From contig NW_024704742.1 in assembly GCF_018977255.1 (NCBI RefSeq), positions 17,610,001 to 17,674,000 of the forward strand: a DNA stretch of 64,000 nucleotides. The letters are read 5' to 3'. This stretch comes from Callorhinchus milii (lineage: Eukaryota). Both the position numbers and the translations under genes were made by a program. Under the pieces are notes generated by a model that had not been told where the DNA came from, did no database searches, and worked only from the letters and a program-made list of their open reading frames with translations. Positions 35,466 to 45,880 of the stretch are shown piece by piece; position 1 is the stretch's first letter; every line of letters begins with the position of its first letter.

Positions 35466-36312
35466 TTTAAGCCTGAAGATGTATGTGATACTCCTTAATT
35501 AAGGAATTTTGTTTGAAATTGCTGTTTTAGACCTCAAGGTGCGAGTGTTTTAAACCCTCATTGCATAGTGTTATAATTAAAGCTTAAGTTTAAAAAAAAA
35601 GTAGACTCGATTTTACATTTTGAAATTTGTGCCTGTGAAATCCAGGACACATTAACATAAAGGAATAGACAGCATGAGTGAGATAAGAATAATGAATTGA
35701 AATTGCAGACTGTAACAAAGGCTCAGAAGGCTTTCACAGTTCTTGATGTTTACTGAACAACAGAGTATTGTTCCATGGGTCACTTGTCTTATAAAACTGT
35801 ACATCATACAGTAGGACAACTTCTTTCATTGTTGAGGTTGTTAAATGGTGTGACTCAATGCATCCTGCTCCGCTGTGAGCTGGTCATGCCTTTAGAGCGG
35901 TTGTTGCAGTATTTTGTGAATGAACCTAAATTTGTTCCCATAGAAGGCTGAGAAGGTTGCCACCTGGAGCAGAGCCCACACATTTTCCAAAGTGTTAGAC
36001 AGTGGGGATTGTTTGATCTCGATGAATGGAATGCCAACTTGGTAAAATGTCTGCTCTTTCCTGCCTCATTTCCTTCCACCACAAAGGACTCCCTGGAAAT
36101 CTAGTTTGTGAGAGCTATCCTGCAGTAACAACAACATTTATATAGTGTCTTTCATGTAGGAATAACATCTTGGAACAATTCACAATAATGGCGTCAGGTG
36201 CCGAGTGATGGCGAAGAGAGAGTGGGAAGGGTGAATGCGGGAGTTGATCATAGGCTCAAAGAGGTAGTGTTTTCACTACCAATTTAAGCTATTACTTTGC
36301 ACTGTTTTGAAT

Positions 36313-36729
36313 TGTACAGTATCACGGAGCTTGGTATTTTATATCCAATGCTTCGGTGATTAGAGTTGGGTTTTTTTGAGACTGGAGCACAAAATCAGTA
36401 TCCCGTTTATATTAACAAATTTAAAATACGCACTTAAATGTTAAATACTTAATGGACACAAGCATATATTTTGACTCACCCCAAAGCCTTAAATTAAGTC
36501 GGAGTCGTAATACATAAAATGCTGCCACTTATGGTTTGAGCAGGGGAGCGAGCCGAACCACTTCTTGATACAAGTCTCTCCAATGTGCAATTCTGCTGCC
36601 TGCTCAAACACCTAGTGTTTTTATGCTCTTGTCTTCTTGTTCTCTCACACTCACACATTACACATTCTTACAAGCGATGAGCTTTCATGCAATTAGGCGC
36701 CCTTCAAACAACAACAACCTCCTTTAACA
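36313..36729 (-). mobile_element. Possible solo LTR (unclassified)
   Basis: About 420 bp with more CpG than its flanks. rc begins TGTTA, has a TATA-like GCATAAAAA, a donor-like GGGGTGAGT and AATATAAA, and ends near ...TGTACA. No clear TSD. Confidence 0.3.
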
Positions 36730-37946
36730 TATTATTATTATAAACCAGTTCATATTCCTTCCCAGTGAGACAGTTCCTGCTACCTGTGGGGTGTAAATGA
36801 CTGAAACCATACCATGCAACATTCTAACAGACATTGAGTCTCCATTCAAGTGAGTATTCAATCGAGTTTGCGGGTTCCCTGGTCATGACGCCACCACCAC
36901 CACCACAACAGTACTGGCAAACGTTGTTTAGAGTCCAGCTGCACAGGGAGTCATATATCTGGTAAGGTTTGCTTCATTTGACTTTTGGGCTACATCCAAG
37001 TTGTCCAATGACATAGTTGAATACTGATCATCATTCTTGACCACTGCAATACATTAGTGTAGAGTTATGTAATTGGTGTAGCTGGGGAATCATGGATTAA
37101 ACCTTAAGTGTCATATGTATTGTGCTTACATTTTACTTAAAATTCTTTAAGCTAGTAATTCTACAACCTTTTGATTATGACTGAGATAAGTTGATCATTT
37201 TCTCACCGAGGCTTGAAGTTTGAGACTTTCATACATATAATCATACTATTTTCCACCAAGGATAATTGCTGCGTGGCAACCATGGTGCATTCTACGGAGC
37301 TGACAACTTAATGCAGGTTGCTGACTATCTTATATTTGCTAATCTTTGTACTGTCATTCATGAAGGGTAATAACATTGAAATCGCAGCATTGTAACTGCA
37401 GTGTGTGTCTGTCACTGAACATCAAAGTGGAGCTTGTGACACATCGCCTTTGTGCCCAGTTTTTAAACTGTCGATCACACAACTGTAGATTTCTTTTTTT
37501 TAGCTTTCTTTGAGTGCTAAGCAGCTAATTTATTAAAATCTAGGCATGCAGAGTATGCAGGGGGCAAAAAAAGAAGAGAGGATGGTATCTGCTTAAGCCG
37601 AAGGGTACACAATGTATGCTTCCAATAATCTGTGAAGGCAACAGCTCTGTACTGTGTGTGTTTGTCTAGATTTGAAATCGTGCTATGATTGAACAGCTTG
37701 TGTTTAGTCTGAGAAAGACAATTGGTTTCCAAGTAAACTTTTTTTCTCAGATAAACATGTGGCTATGACTAACTGACATAACAGAATAGCAGTAAAGCCT
37801 GTGGAACACTGTTCTCTTCATGGAGCATCAAACAACATGAGTGGAGACTTAATTTTGAATTTATCATTTTGGTGCATTGCAAAACTGCTGTTCATTCAGG
37901 CAGTTGTGAGGTGGATAGGTTACCTGAATGAGCAGGTGTGATAATA

Positions 37947-38200
37947 CAACAACAACTTGCATTTATGTAGCACACTTAACATAGGGCAGCGTCTCAGAGA
38001 TCTTAATAATGGCGGAGCTTGATGTCGAGCCGGGAAGAGAGGGGAATTGACCTTCGGCACAATCTAAGAGGAAGGTATTCGGGTGCCGTCTGAAGATGTG
38101 CAAGGAGGGGGCAAAGTGGAGGGATTGAGGCAGAGAGTTCCATAGTTTTGGGGTGTAGTGGCTGAAAACGCGGCTGTTAATGCTGGAGAGGACCATATGA
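37947..38200 (-). mobile_element. L2 LINE 3' end (short-UTR subfamily)
   Basis: ORF 37963-38196 RVFSHYTPKLWNSLPQSLHFAPSLHIFRRHPNTFLLD; (CAA)n CTTGCATTTAT tail. Confidence 0.9.
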
Positions 38201-38764
38201 AGGACATGCAGAAAGCTGGAGCAAGGAGGCGATTAGAGGAGTAGGATATAGGTCGGAGAGACAGGGAAATGCCAAAACAGAAAATGATTTGTATGTGAGC
38301 TGAGGAACTTGAAATCAATCTGTTCTGCAATATGGATGAAGTAGAGCCTGGCAAGGACTGGGGTAATGGTGGTGCGAAGCCAGGTACAGTGAAATATAAA
38401 AATCTAAGTACAGTAAGGTCCAAATCCATGTGGGGTGTGGGGAGACAGACAGGGCTAATACATTTGTAATTAAAACCATATCATCTGGGACAAGTGATAA
38501 TTATCTCTGGTGAACCACAGTGCATTCCGCCCTGTCAATGTATGGCCATGGGTGACCCCATTCACCACCATCCACCCACAATTTCCAGAACAATGTTTGG
38601 ATCCAAGGCTGCTTGTGGCTGCCATTGGACTTTCCAGCGTGTACGTCCTGGTTTATGGAATATTAGGTTGATCAATAGGGAACAGCACAGTTGCCAAGGA
38701 ACTGGCCTTTGAATTGCTAGCCACTAAAACCAACAGTGACCCATAGGAAGCTTCAGGCTCAGCC

Positions 38765-39020
38765 ATTGTGATAAAATAATAACATTATTATGATTATTAC
38801 TGTTGATGATCATCACTTTTATTATATCTGCTGATCACTATTTTGGTTATAATCACCAGTGATAATTATCAAGGGTATTATCACCAGTATAATGATATAA
38901 TTAAGGTTATTATCAGTGATGATAATTATCAAGCCTATTATTCACCAGTATAATGATATAATTAAATTATCAGTGATGACAATTATCAGTTATTAATATT
39001 AGTGATAATTTATCAAATCA
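38765..39020. repeat. Degenerate AT-rich repeat built on TGATAATTATCA, with an imperfect ~60-bp tandem duplication
   Basis: TCACCAGTATAATGATATAATTAA...TTATCAGTGATGA-AATTATCA at about 38881 and 38942. Confidence 0.8.
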
Positions 39021-39420
39021 CAGGTCACAATCGTAATCCAAAACAATTTTGTCCACCACCTTGAAGTGGTGACTTTGAGGCCACCATCAGCCTGAATTGG
39101 AAACACAAGCAACCGGTTTGGGAACCAAACCAATTGCTTGTTTTTCCAATTAGACCCTGAGACTGATTTGAGAAGCACTGGCACTTCTGACGGTCTTACA
39201 GATTAAACAAATATTATTGAAAGGAAACCAAATACAAAAGTATTATCTGACAAACTGAAACCACAGATTGGCCTGAAAGGAGGCAAGACTGATCCACTGA
39301 ACATCAAACTGTACAGGCAAGTCGGCAGGTAAAGTAAAATAAAACCCGATGGGTTAAGAAGAGACAAAACTTAAATAATTAAAATCAGGAATATGAAATA
39401 AATGATATATTTATCATATA

Positions 39421-39965
39421 CAGTGGAAGTCACTTAAACCGGCCACTTCTGGGACGACCGTTTCTCTTCCCGCCCAACAGAGAAGTGGCGGGAGCCCCTC
39501 CTCCCTACCATTGCGTTCCCATTGGACGGAAAGGGGACCAGTTAGCAGTGGCTCCAATTGACTCCCTGGCACTCCAGCCATTCACAAACTGCTCCAGGCT
39601 TGTCCATCAATCATGATTTAACTCCTTATGATCCCTCCCCTGTTTCTTTTGGTTTTCTCGGCTCCACCCCCCCTTCACTGATTGACAGCCCAAAGCCACC
39701 TGTGAATGGCTGGAGTCAGCTGTCAATCAATCGCAACTTGACTCCTCACATCTCCATCACAGAGACGCTCGTGGCTTCATGGAACCGCTCGAGACACAGA
39801 GTGAGTAGATGCAGGGCAGAATTTATGCGGATTAACCAGAATTTTGTCCGAAGTAACCATCATATTTAAAATAGGTAAGAATAAAAATGAATCAGGTCCA
39901 GCCATTTTGTCTGATTTACCTGGCGTCCGATGTTAACTGGGCTCCACCTTAAGTGGCATCCACTG
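39421..39965. mobile_element. Non-autonomous Tc1/mariner (pogo/Tigger-like) DNA transposon, 545 bp
   Basis: TIRs CAGTGGAAGTCACTTAA / TTAAGTGGCATCCACTG (15 of 17 match). TA on the left flank, TT on the right. GC/CpG-richer than flanks; no transposase ORF. Confidence 0.75.
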
Positions 39966-40377
39966 TTTATTATATACACAATATGGGAAAGAATGATGGT
40001 TCAATGAGACAAGAGGCACCTTTATTATCAGCACCCACTGAACCTCGCTATTGATGATATGATCAAAAGAAAGGTTCAGATAAGGAAGGCATTTGACCAG
40101 AATACTAACTACTTGACACCATTTTCCGATTGCAGCATCAAGCGAAGCGTCTTCTTAAACTGAGAGCAGATTATTGACCTCAAACCCCTTTCCTCAAAAC
40201 CAATTCAAATGGTCATTACCCTCTGTGGTTTCTATGGACAATTTAGGCTTTTCTTCTATGGTTTTTCCACCGATGGGATCCAGGTTGTTATGGTATTGTA
40301 ACTTGCTGTTACAAGAACGACTACAGATCGTTCCAAAAGTTGGCCAGATTTAGCCAGTAGTGGACAGCAGCCAGTAT

Positions 40378-40665
40378 CAACAACAACAACTTGGATTTAT
40401 ATAGCGCCCTCCACGCTAGACAGCGTCTCAGAGCGCTTCACAGTAATGGTTCCTGGGGCCGAGCCAGGGGGAGGAAGGTGACCAAAGGCGCGGTCGAAAA
40501 GAAAGGTCTTCAGCCGAGACCTGAAAATAGGAAGTGAGTGGTCGAGGCGAAGGGAGTGAGAAAGGGAGTTCCAGAGCCTCAGGGCAAAGTGGCTGAAGGC
40601 ACGGCTGCCGAAGGTGGAGCGGAGGACTCGGGGGACAAGGAGGAGGCCAGACCCGGTGGAATGAA
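40378..40665 (-). mobile_element. L2 LINE 3' end (short-UTR subfamily), fairly young
   Basis: (CAA)n CTTGGATTTATATAGCGCCC and GGGAGTTCCAGAGCCTCAGGGCAAAGTGGCTGAAGGCACGGC; similar to the 22248 copy. Confidence 0.9.
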
Positions 40666-41004
40666 GGCACTGGGCACTGTTTCTTCAATAAGCTTACCTT
40701 ATTTTACATCAAAGGAAAAATTGGGGTCTGTTGTACACCATATGCAAACACATGTTTGTCGTGCCTGGCCTAGGAAAAAAAAAGACTTGTGACCTTAGTC
40801 TAAGACTTGGAAAAAGGCTGTAATAGTATGTAGTTAAAACATTGCTGTACATTTTAGTTAATAACCCACCCTGTGTACAAATATCTATTCTATCAACATG
40901 ATATTAAATGTTACTAAAGAGACAGTGCTACCAAATAGTCAATAACATTAAAATATTGACTTTGCATAGAATTACATAGAATATACATGGTATACAGAAT
41001 ATAC

Positions 41005-41055
41005 AGAATGGCGGAACAGGCTCGAGGGGCTGAATAGCCTACGCCTGTTTCTATG
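41005..41055 (+). mobile_element. CR1-type 3' terminus micro-insertion
   Basis: GAATGGCGGAACAGGCTCGAGGGGCTGAATAGCCTACGCCTGTTTCTATG. Confidence 0.75.
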
Positions 41056-41164
41056 AGAGAAGTATTTGGAAATTTTACCTATGTTCCATTTTCCTGAAAT
41101 GAACAATATTGTTCCAGAAGACTTGAAGAACCAGACAACAGTGTCAGTCTGCCCCCGCAGTATC

Positions 41165-41500
41165 AACTGAGTCAGAAGGTCGTGGGTTGGTTCAAGCCCC
41201 ACTTCGGAACTTTGAACTCATGTGGATGATATTAAACTGTGTCCCATCCATCTGTCCATGTGGATGTTAAAGATCCTATTGTGCTATTTGAAAAGAGAAG
41301 GGAGTCTCTTTGGGTCAATTCTCCAGATCATTAACTTTATATATAATAGATATACAATGTTTGTGGTACATTGCATATGCAAATTAGATGCTGTATTCAC
41401 CTACAAATGCACAGTCACTGCACTCTACTGGAAGAGAATGTGCCTAGAACATTTTTGACATGATAAGGCTCTATATCAAAAGTAAGGTTTTATTTATTCA
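41165..41500 (+). mobile_element. SacSINE1-like DeuSINE with internal deletion
   Basis: CTGAGTCAGAAGGTCGTGGG...TTCAAGCCCCAC, GTGGATGTTAAAGATCC and GATAAGGCTCTATATCAAA. Confidence 0.8.
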
Positions 41501-42713
41501 ACACTGGCTGTAAGGATCATGAGTTGGATGGCCTCCAACTGGGGAAACATATCTCAGCCAATGCAGATAGACTAACAGTAACTTTTAGATTAACCAATTT
41601 GGAATTAATTTGTCGAATCAGCATTCATAGCTATTCCCATTGAATCTGTACTAGCTCTCAGACAAGATTATCATTCAATTCCACTGTCCTGCCTTATCCC
41701 ATACCCAATTGAAAGCTCTCTTGTGTTCATTAGCCACATATCAAAAATAGCTACAGGTATTATAAGCAAGCAAAGTTGATATTTTTCATAAAATAATGCA
41801 TCAGTGCTCTATGACTCCAGTAGAGTGAAGGGTGTAATATAAATTCAAATCTTCATTGTATCACCACCCAACATTTATTTTATTGTCATGAGGTTTTTCA
41901 TTTTATTTGTGTTTGCAATATCGTGTCAATTATATACATAGCTATCCATGCATATTTGATGCCGATTTGCACTTTGTGTTGAAATGTTTTAGCAGGTTCA
42001 TTTAAAACTCCAGTTAAATAATGAGATTTTAATGGGACTTTGTTCTCGTAAGCAAGGCTAAAATGGTTTTGTTTTGCTCTCTGAGGCAATGCAAATGGGC
42101 AAATTACATTTGTTTTTATCAATAGCTTTTGCACTTCTGCTTGCCCACAATTATATTTGGAAGGTATTTACTTATTCTCCACCCCCCCCCNGCCTTTCAT
42201 TTTGAGAGAATTAGAGCCAAATCCAATCCCATTTCCTCTCAATGTTAACACACATGCACTTTACAACTGGATAGTGATCAGGTGTGGAGATTCAAGTTCA
42301 TTATTCTCCTTTCAACAAGAAAGCAGTTGCATTTGTTTATCCCTTTCATGGCCCATCATTGTTGTATCAGACCAGAACCAGACACCATTTATCCTAGCTC
42401 CTGCAGTTTATTTAAGGAATTACGCTATTGCAAGTCAGTACAATTTAGATCCCTAACTTTGCAATATGGTTGCAACCAGTCCCAAATGGTTATGGTCTCC
42501 TATTGTGACATACTAGAAGAGACATATTGGATGCTTAACTACATAACGGGGTCAGGGTTGTAGGGAGCAATTTTTGGACAAGACTTTACACAGAGAGAGG
42601 GCAACAGAAGGAACTTGTTACCAGGAAGAATGGCTGAGGCCAGGACACTGGACTATGCGATCGGAAGATTGTAGATTCTCTATAGATGAGATTAATGTCT
42701 TCATCCACACAGT

Positions 42714-43010
42714 GTGGAGTCCCGTAGCTCAGTGGTTAGAGTAACCACCTCACAAGTGAGTGACCTGGGTTTGATTCCTGGCAGGGCGAAACCTTGAGCA
42801 AGTTTCTTTACGCCACATGCCTGATAATAATCCCTCAAGGAAATAAATAAAAATAAAATAACAATTTGGTTACTCGATCCATGACTGTTTGTGGGACTGC
42901 TGTGCGTAATTGGCTTCCACGTTTCACCCACAAATATACAGTCAACTCACTTTACAGTATATCGTGTGAAGTTCTTTGAGATGTCTAGAAGATGGGAAAA
43001 TGCAATGATT
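42714..43010 (+). mobile_element. Full-length tRNA-Ala/CORE/Deu SINE (short form, older)
   Basis: GTGGAGTCCCGTAGCTCAGTGGTTAGAG...GGGTTTGATTCCTGGCAGGGCGAAACCTTGAGCAAGTTTC...CATGCCTGATAATAATCCC. Confidence 0.9.
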
Positions 43011-43894
43011 ATATATCTTATTTATTTGTTTGTTTGTTTATTTATCTTGTGATAAATGTGCAATTGAGAGATCTAATATAATAATCCATCTGATATAGCG
43101 TCTTTCATCTCAGGAAGATATACTGTTAAATGGAGCGACTGTTTTTTATAGATTGATAGTTTGAAAAGGCACAGGCTTCATGCTTAAAAAAATGTTTGCA
43201 GCAAGCTTCATAGTTTGTTTACTGACACAACTTGATGACTCATCTCACGGTGAAAGGCGTCATTGAGTCACTTGCACATTATTAATGCTTCAGTAATAAA
43301 CAGCTCTTCAGCCTCTGGAAACCAAAATAGCCTGATTCCGGAAAAGGGAATATATCGATGTTAGTATTTCTGAAAACAGTTCATGATTTGCTGGGACAAA
43401 TTTTATTTTCCTGTTTTTGTTGATTTCATTAATATTTCAATTACTGATCATATCGGCTGGCCATATGTATGGGAAAGTTAATGAGCTTTATGGGGAGAAG
43501 GAACCGAAGCAACGCTGAATGATAGATACTAACCCAGAGTGTTTTAGTCAGATGTTGAAACTCTGTTTGTTTGTACTATCAGGCATTGAGCTCATCCAAG
43601 GGGATCTCTTGACTGTAAACCACAAAAGCAGGAAAAAGCGGAGAGCAAAGAAAGGACCCTTAAGATGATCCTAAATCTTTTAAAAATAATATAACTTTAT
43701 AAAAGGTACTGATTAGAGAGACTGTATTGAGCAAACAATATATGATGTTTCAGATTCAATGTGATATCACATCAAACCTGTTCAAAAGCATTATAACTTC
43801 AGTCAATAATTACAGACTGGTTTGGGGTGTGACCTTTTATCCCCATGTAGCATTGACAATGGTAAAGCTCGAAGGCAGTCCGAATGGTGCTTTA

Positions 43895-44095
43895 CAATAC
43901 AATTCAACTTATATAGTGCCTTTCAAGTCGGGAGGACTAGAGTTTAACAAAGTTTACAGGTTGCATAAACTTGTTCTGTGTTCCCTTGAGTTTAGAAAGT
44001 TAAAGGGTGATCTGATTGAGGGAAAGATGAGAGAAAGCACCGTGAAAGAGGTGCGTTTTGAGACGTGCCTCGAAAGAGGGGAGGGAGGAAATGAC
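43895..44095. mobile_element. Mosaic: L2 3' end (-) interrupted by a short CR1 fragment (+)
   Basis: TTATATAGTGCCTTTCAAGTCGGGAGGAC (L2 tail rc), CCCTTGAGTTTAGAAAGTTAAAGGGTGATCTGATTGAG (CR1 SLEFRKLKGDLIE), then GAAAGAGGTGCGTTTTGAGACG (L2 rc). Confidence 0.6.
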
Positions 44096-44719
44096 GGGCA
44101 CATTGTTTGCACATTGGCTGCCAGTGTTGTTTCCAATCTCAGAGAGCAGTGTTGAGTAAGTCCGATATCAGATAACTTTGCGTCCCTCCCATTCTTTATT
44201 TCATCCATTGATTGCATTGACACCATAGAAAGATTTTGGAGAATGCCTCTTTCACAGTCTTGCTGGCCATGGAGTTCTTGTATTACAGATTCTATGTGAA
44301 GTGTGGTTGTTGCTTCTATATTCCAAATACGTACCCAGTTTGTTTTTCTTCCGTTTTAAGACTCTACTCTATATTGAGCACAATATTGAATGTGTTGCCA
44401 GTGTGAAGTGGAAACAAAGTTAACACCAGGATTCTGTATCAATGTATAAATGTTCATTTTGTCACAGAGATTGAAGACTTTGCAGGCCCTAAAAGAGGTG
44501 ACAGAATAAGAAAAATATTGTCAAACAGTGCATCAGACAGGAGAAATACTTTTAAGCTACAACAAAAGGTTCTCCCATCAACCTGGGACATTGATTTGGA
44601 GAACAAAGGATTTGGGAATGACAACTTTTTATCAAGTTTATTTTACTCGCATCTATTACATTTCCGATGTTACAATAAAAAGGAAGGAGTTCCACCTGTG
44701 TTTAGTTCTATTCTACTCT

Positions 44720-45364
44720 ACATATGTGCCATGACAGGCTCTACTTTACCCCACCTCCGCAACATCGCCCGGCTCTGCCACTGCCTCTCCTCTCAGGTCA
44801 CCGAAACTCTCATCCATGCATTTATCACATCTAGGCTCGACTATGCCAACTTTCTGCTTGTCGGCCTTCCCAGCTCTTCCCTCCACAAGATCATCCAGAA
44901 CTCTGCAGCTCATGTCCTCTCTTGCACCAGGCTTTGTGACCCTGTCAGCCCCATCCTTGCCCAGATCCACTTGCTCCCCATCCCCCAGAAGATAGAATTC
45001 AAAATCCTTGTCCTTGCCTTCAAGGCACTCTAAAGCTTTGCTCCTTATTGCGTCTGTGATCTACTAACCCCATATCAACCTGTCCGTTCCCTCCGCTCAG
45101 CAAGTTCCAGTCTGCTCCACATCCCCTTCCTGGTGGTTGGGCCTTCAGCCTCTCTGCCCCCATTCCACAGTCCCTTTGCGTTGCCCCCTCACTTGCCTCC
45201 TTCAAGGAATGTCTCAAGGAATGTCTCTTTGACCACATTTTCAACCACTCTACTACCCTTATTCTCCCTGTCCCCCACCCTGCTGATTCCAACCCTCTGC
45301 TTGGGTCTAAATCCCAGATTGTCCAGCGCCTTGGGATGCTATACAAATGTAATTTGTTGTTGTT
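44720..45364 (+). mobile_element. L2 LINE 3' portion
   Basis: ORF 44518-45033 C-terminal part HLRNIARL...ETLIHAFITSRLDYANFLLVGLP...IQNSAAHVL...QKIEFKILVLAFKAL; tail GCTATACAAATGTAATTTGTTGTTG. Confidence 0.95.
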
Positions 45365-45374
45365 AAAATTAAGA

Positions 45375-45590
45375 GTACCAGGGTAATGATGTATTGTCAG
45401 AGGTACCATCCTTTAGATGAGACACTAAACATAGGTCTCATCTGTCTTTCAGGTGGATATAAAAGATCCCATGGCACTATTCAAAGTGAAGAGAGTTCCT
45501 TCCATTGTGCTGTCTGACAATTCCTCAGCTAAAATTGGTCATTCACTTCATTATTGTGCACAAATTGGCTGCCTCATTCGCCTACAAATT
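45375..45590 (+). mobile_element. DeuSINE central fragment
   Basis: TGTCAGAGGTACCATCCTTTAGATGAGAC...AGGTGGATATAAAAGATCCCATGGCACTATTC. Confidence 0.8.
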
Positions 45591-45779
45591 ATCAGTAAAT
45601 CTAGGCCCAGGTGGAATTTTTTCCCAAGTTTCCAAATCAGATAATGATTGGGGTGAAACGTACAATGTTTTCAATGGGATGATAATGTATGAAATGTCAG
45701 ATTTCATCCCTTAATTTCTGTTTGTTCCTTTTGGTTGAGGTTTAACCCTGAAAAAACATTTGCTTTTTAAAAACAAATC

Positions 45780-45880
45780 AAGGAGGAAAGAGCAGAAGAA
45801 TGGGACTAAACGGGATAGCTTGTTCAGAGCCAGCACAGTACTGATGGGCCTCTTTCTGTGCTGTAAATTTCATCTGTTCC
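45780..45880 (+). mobile_element. CR1 3' tail fragment
   Basis: AGAGCAGAAGAATGGGACTAAACGGGATAGCT...GAGCCAGCACAG...GATGGGCCTCTTTCTGTGCTGTAA, like 2190-2275. Confidence 0.7.

Noticed and set aside
42181..42195. Ambiguous base n in a poly-C run
   Set aside because: Assembly or sequencing ambiguity, not biology.
43727..44155. 142-aa ORF
   Set aside because: Mosaic of CR1 and antisense L2 fragments.
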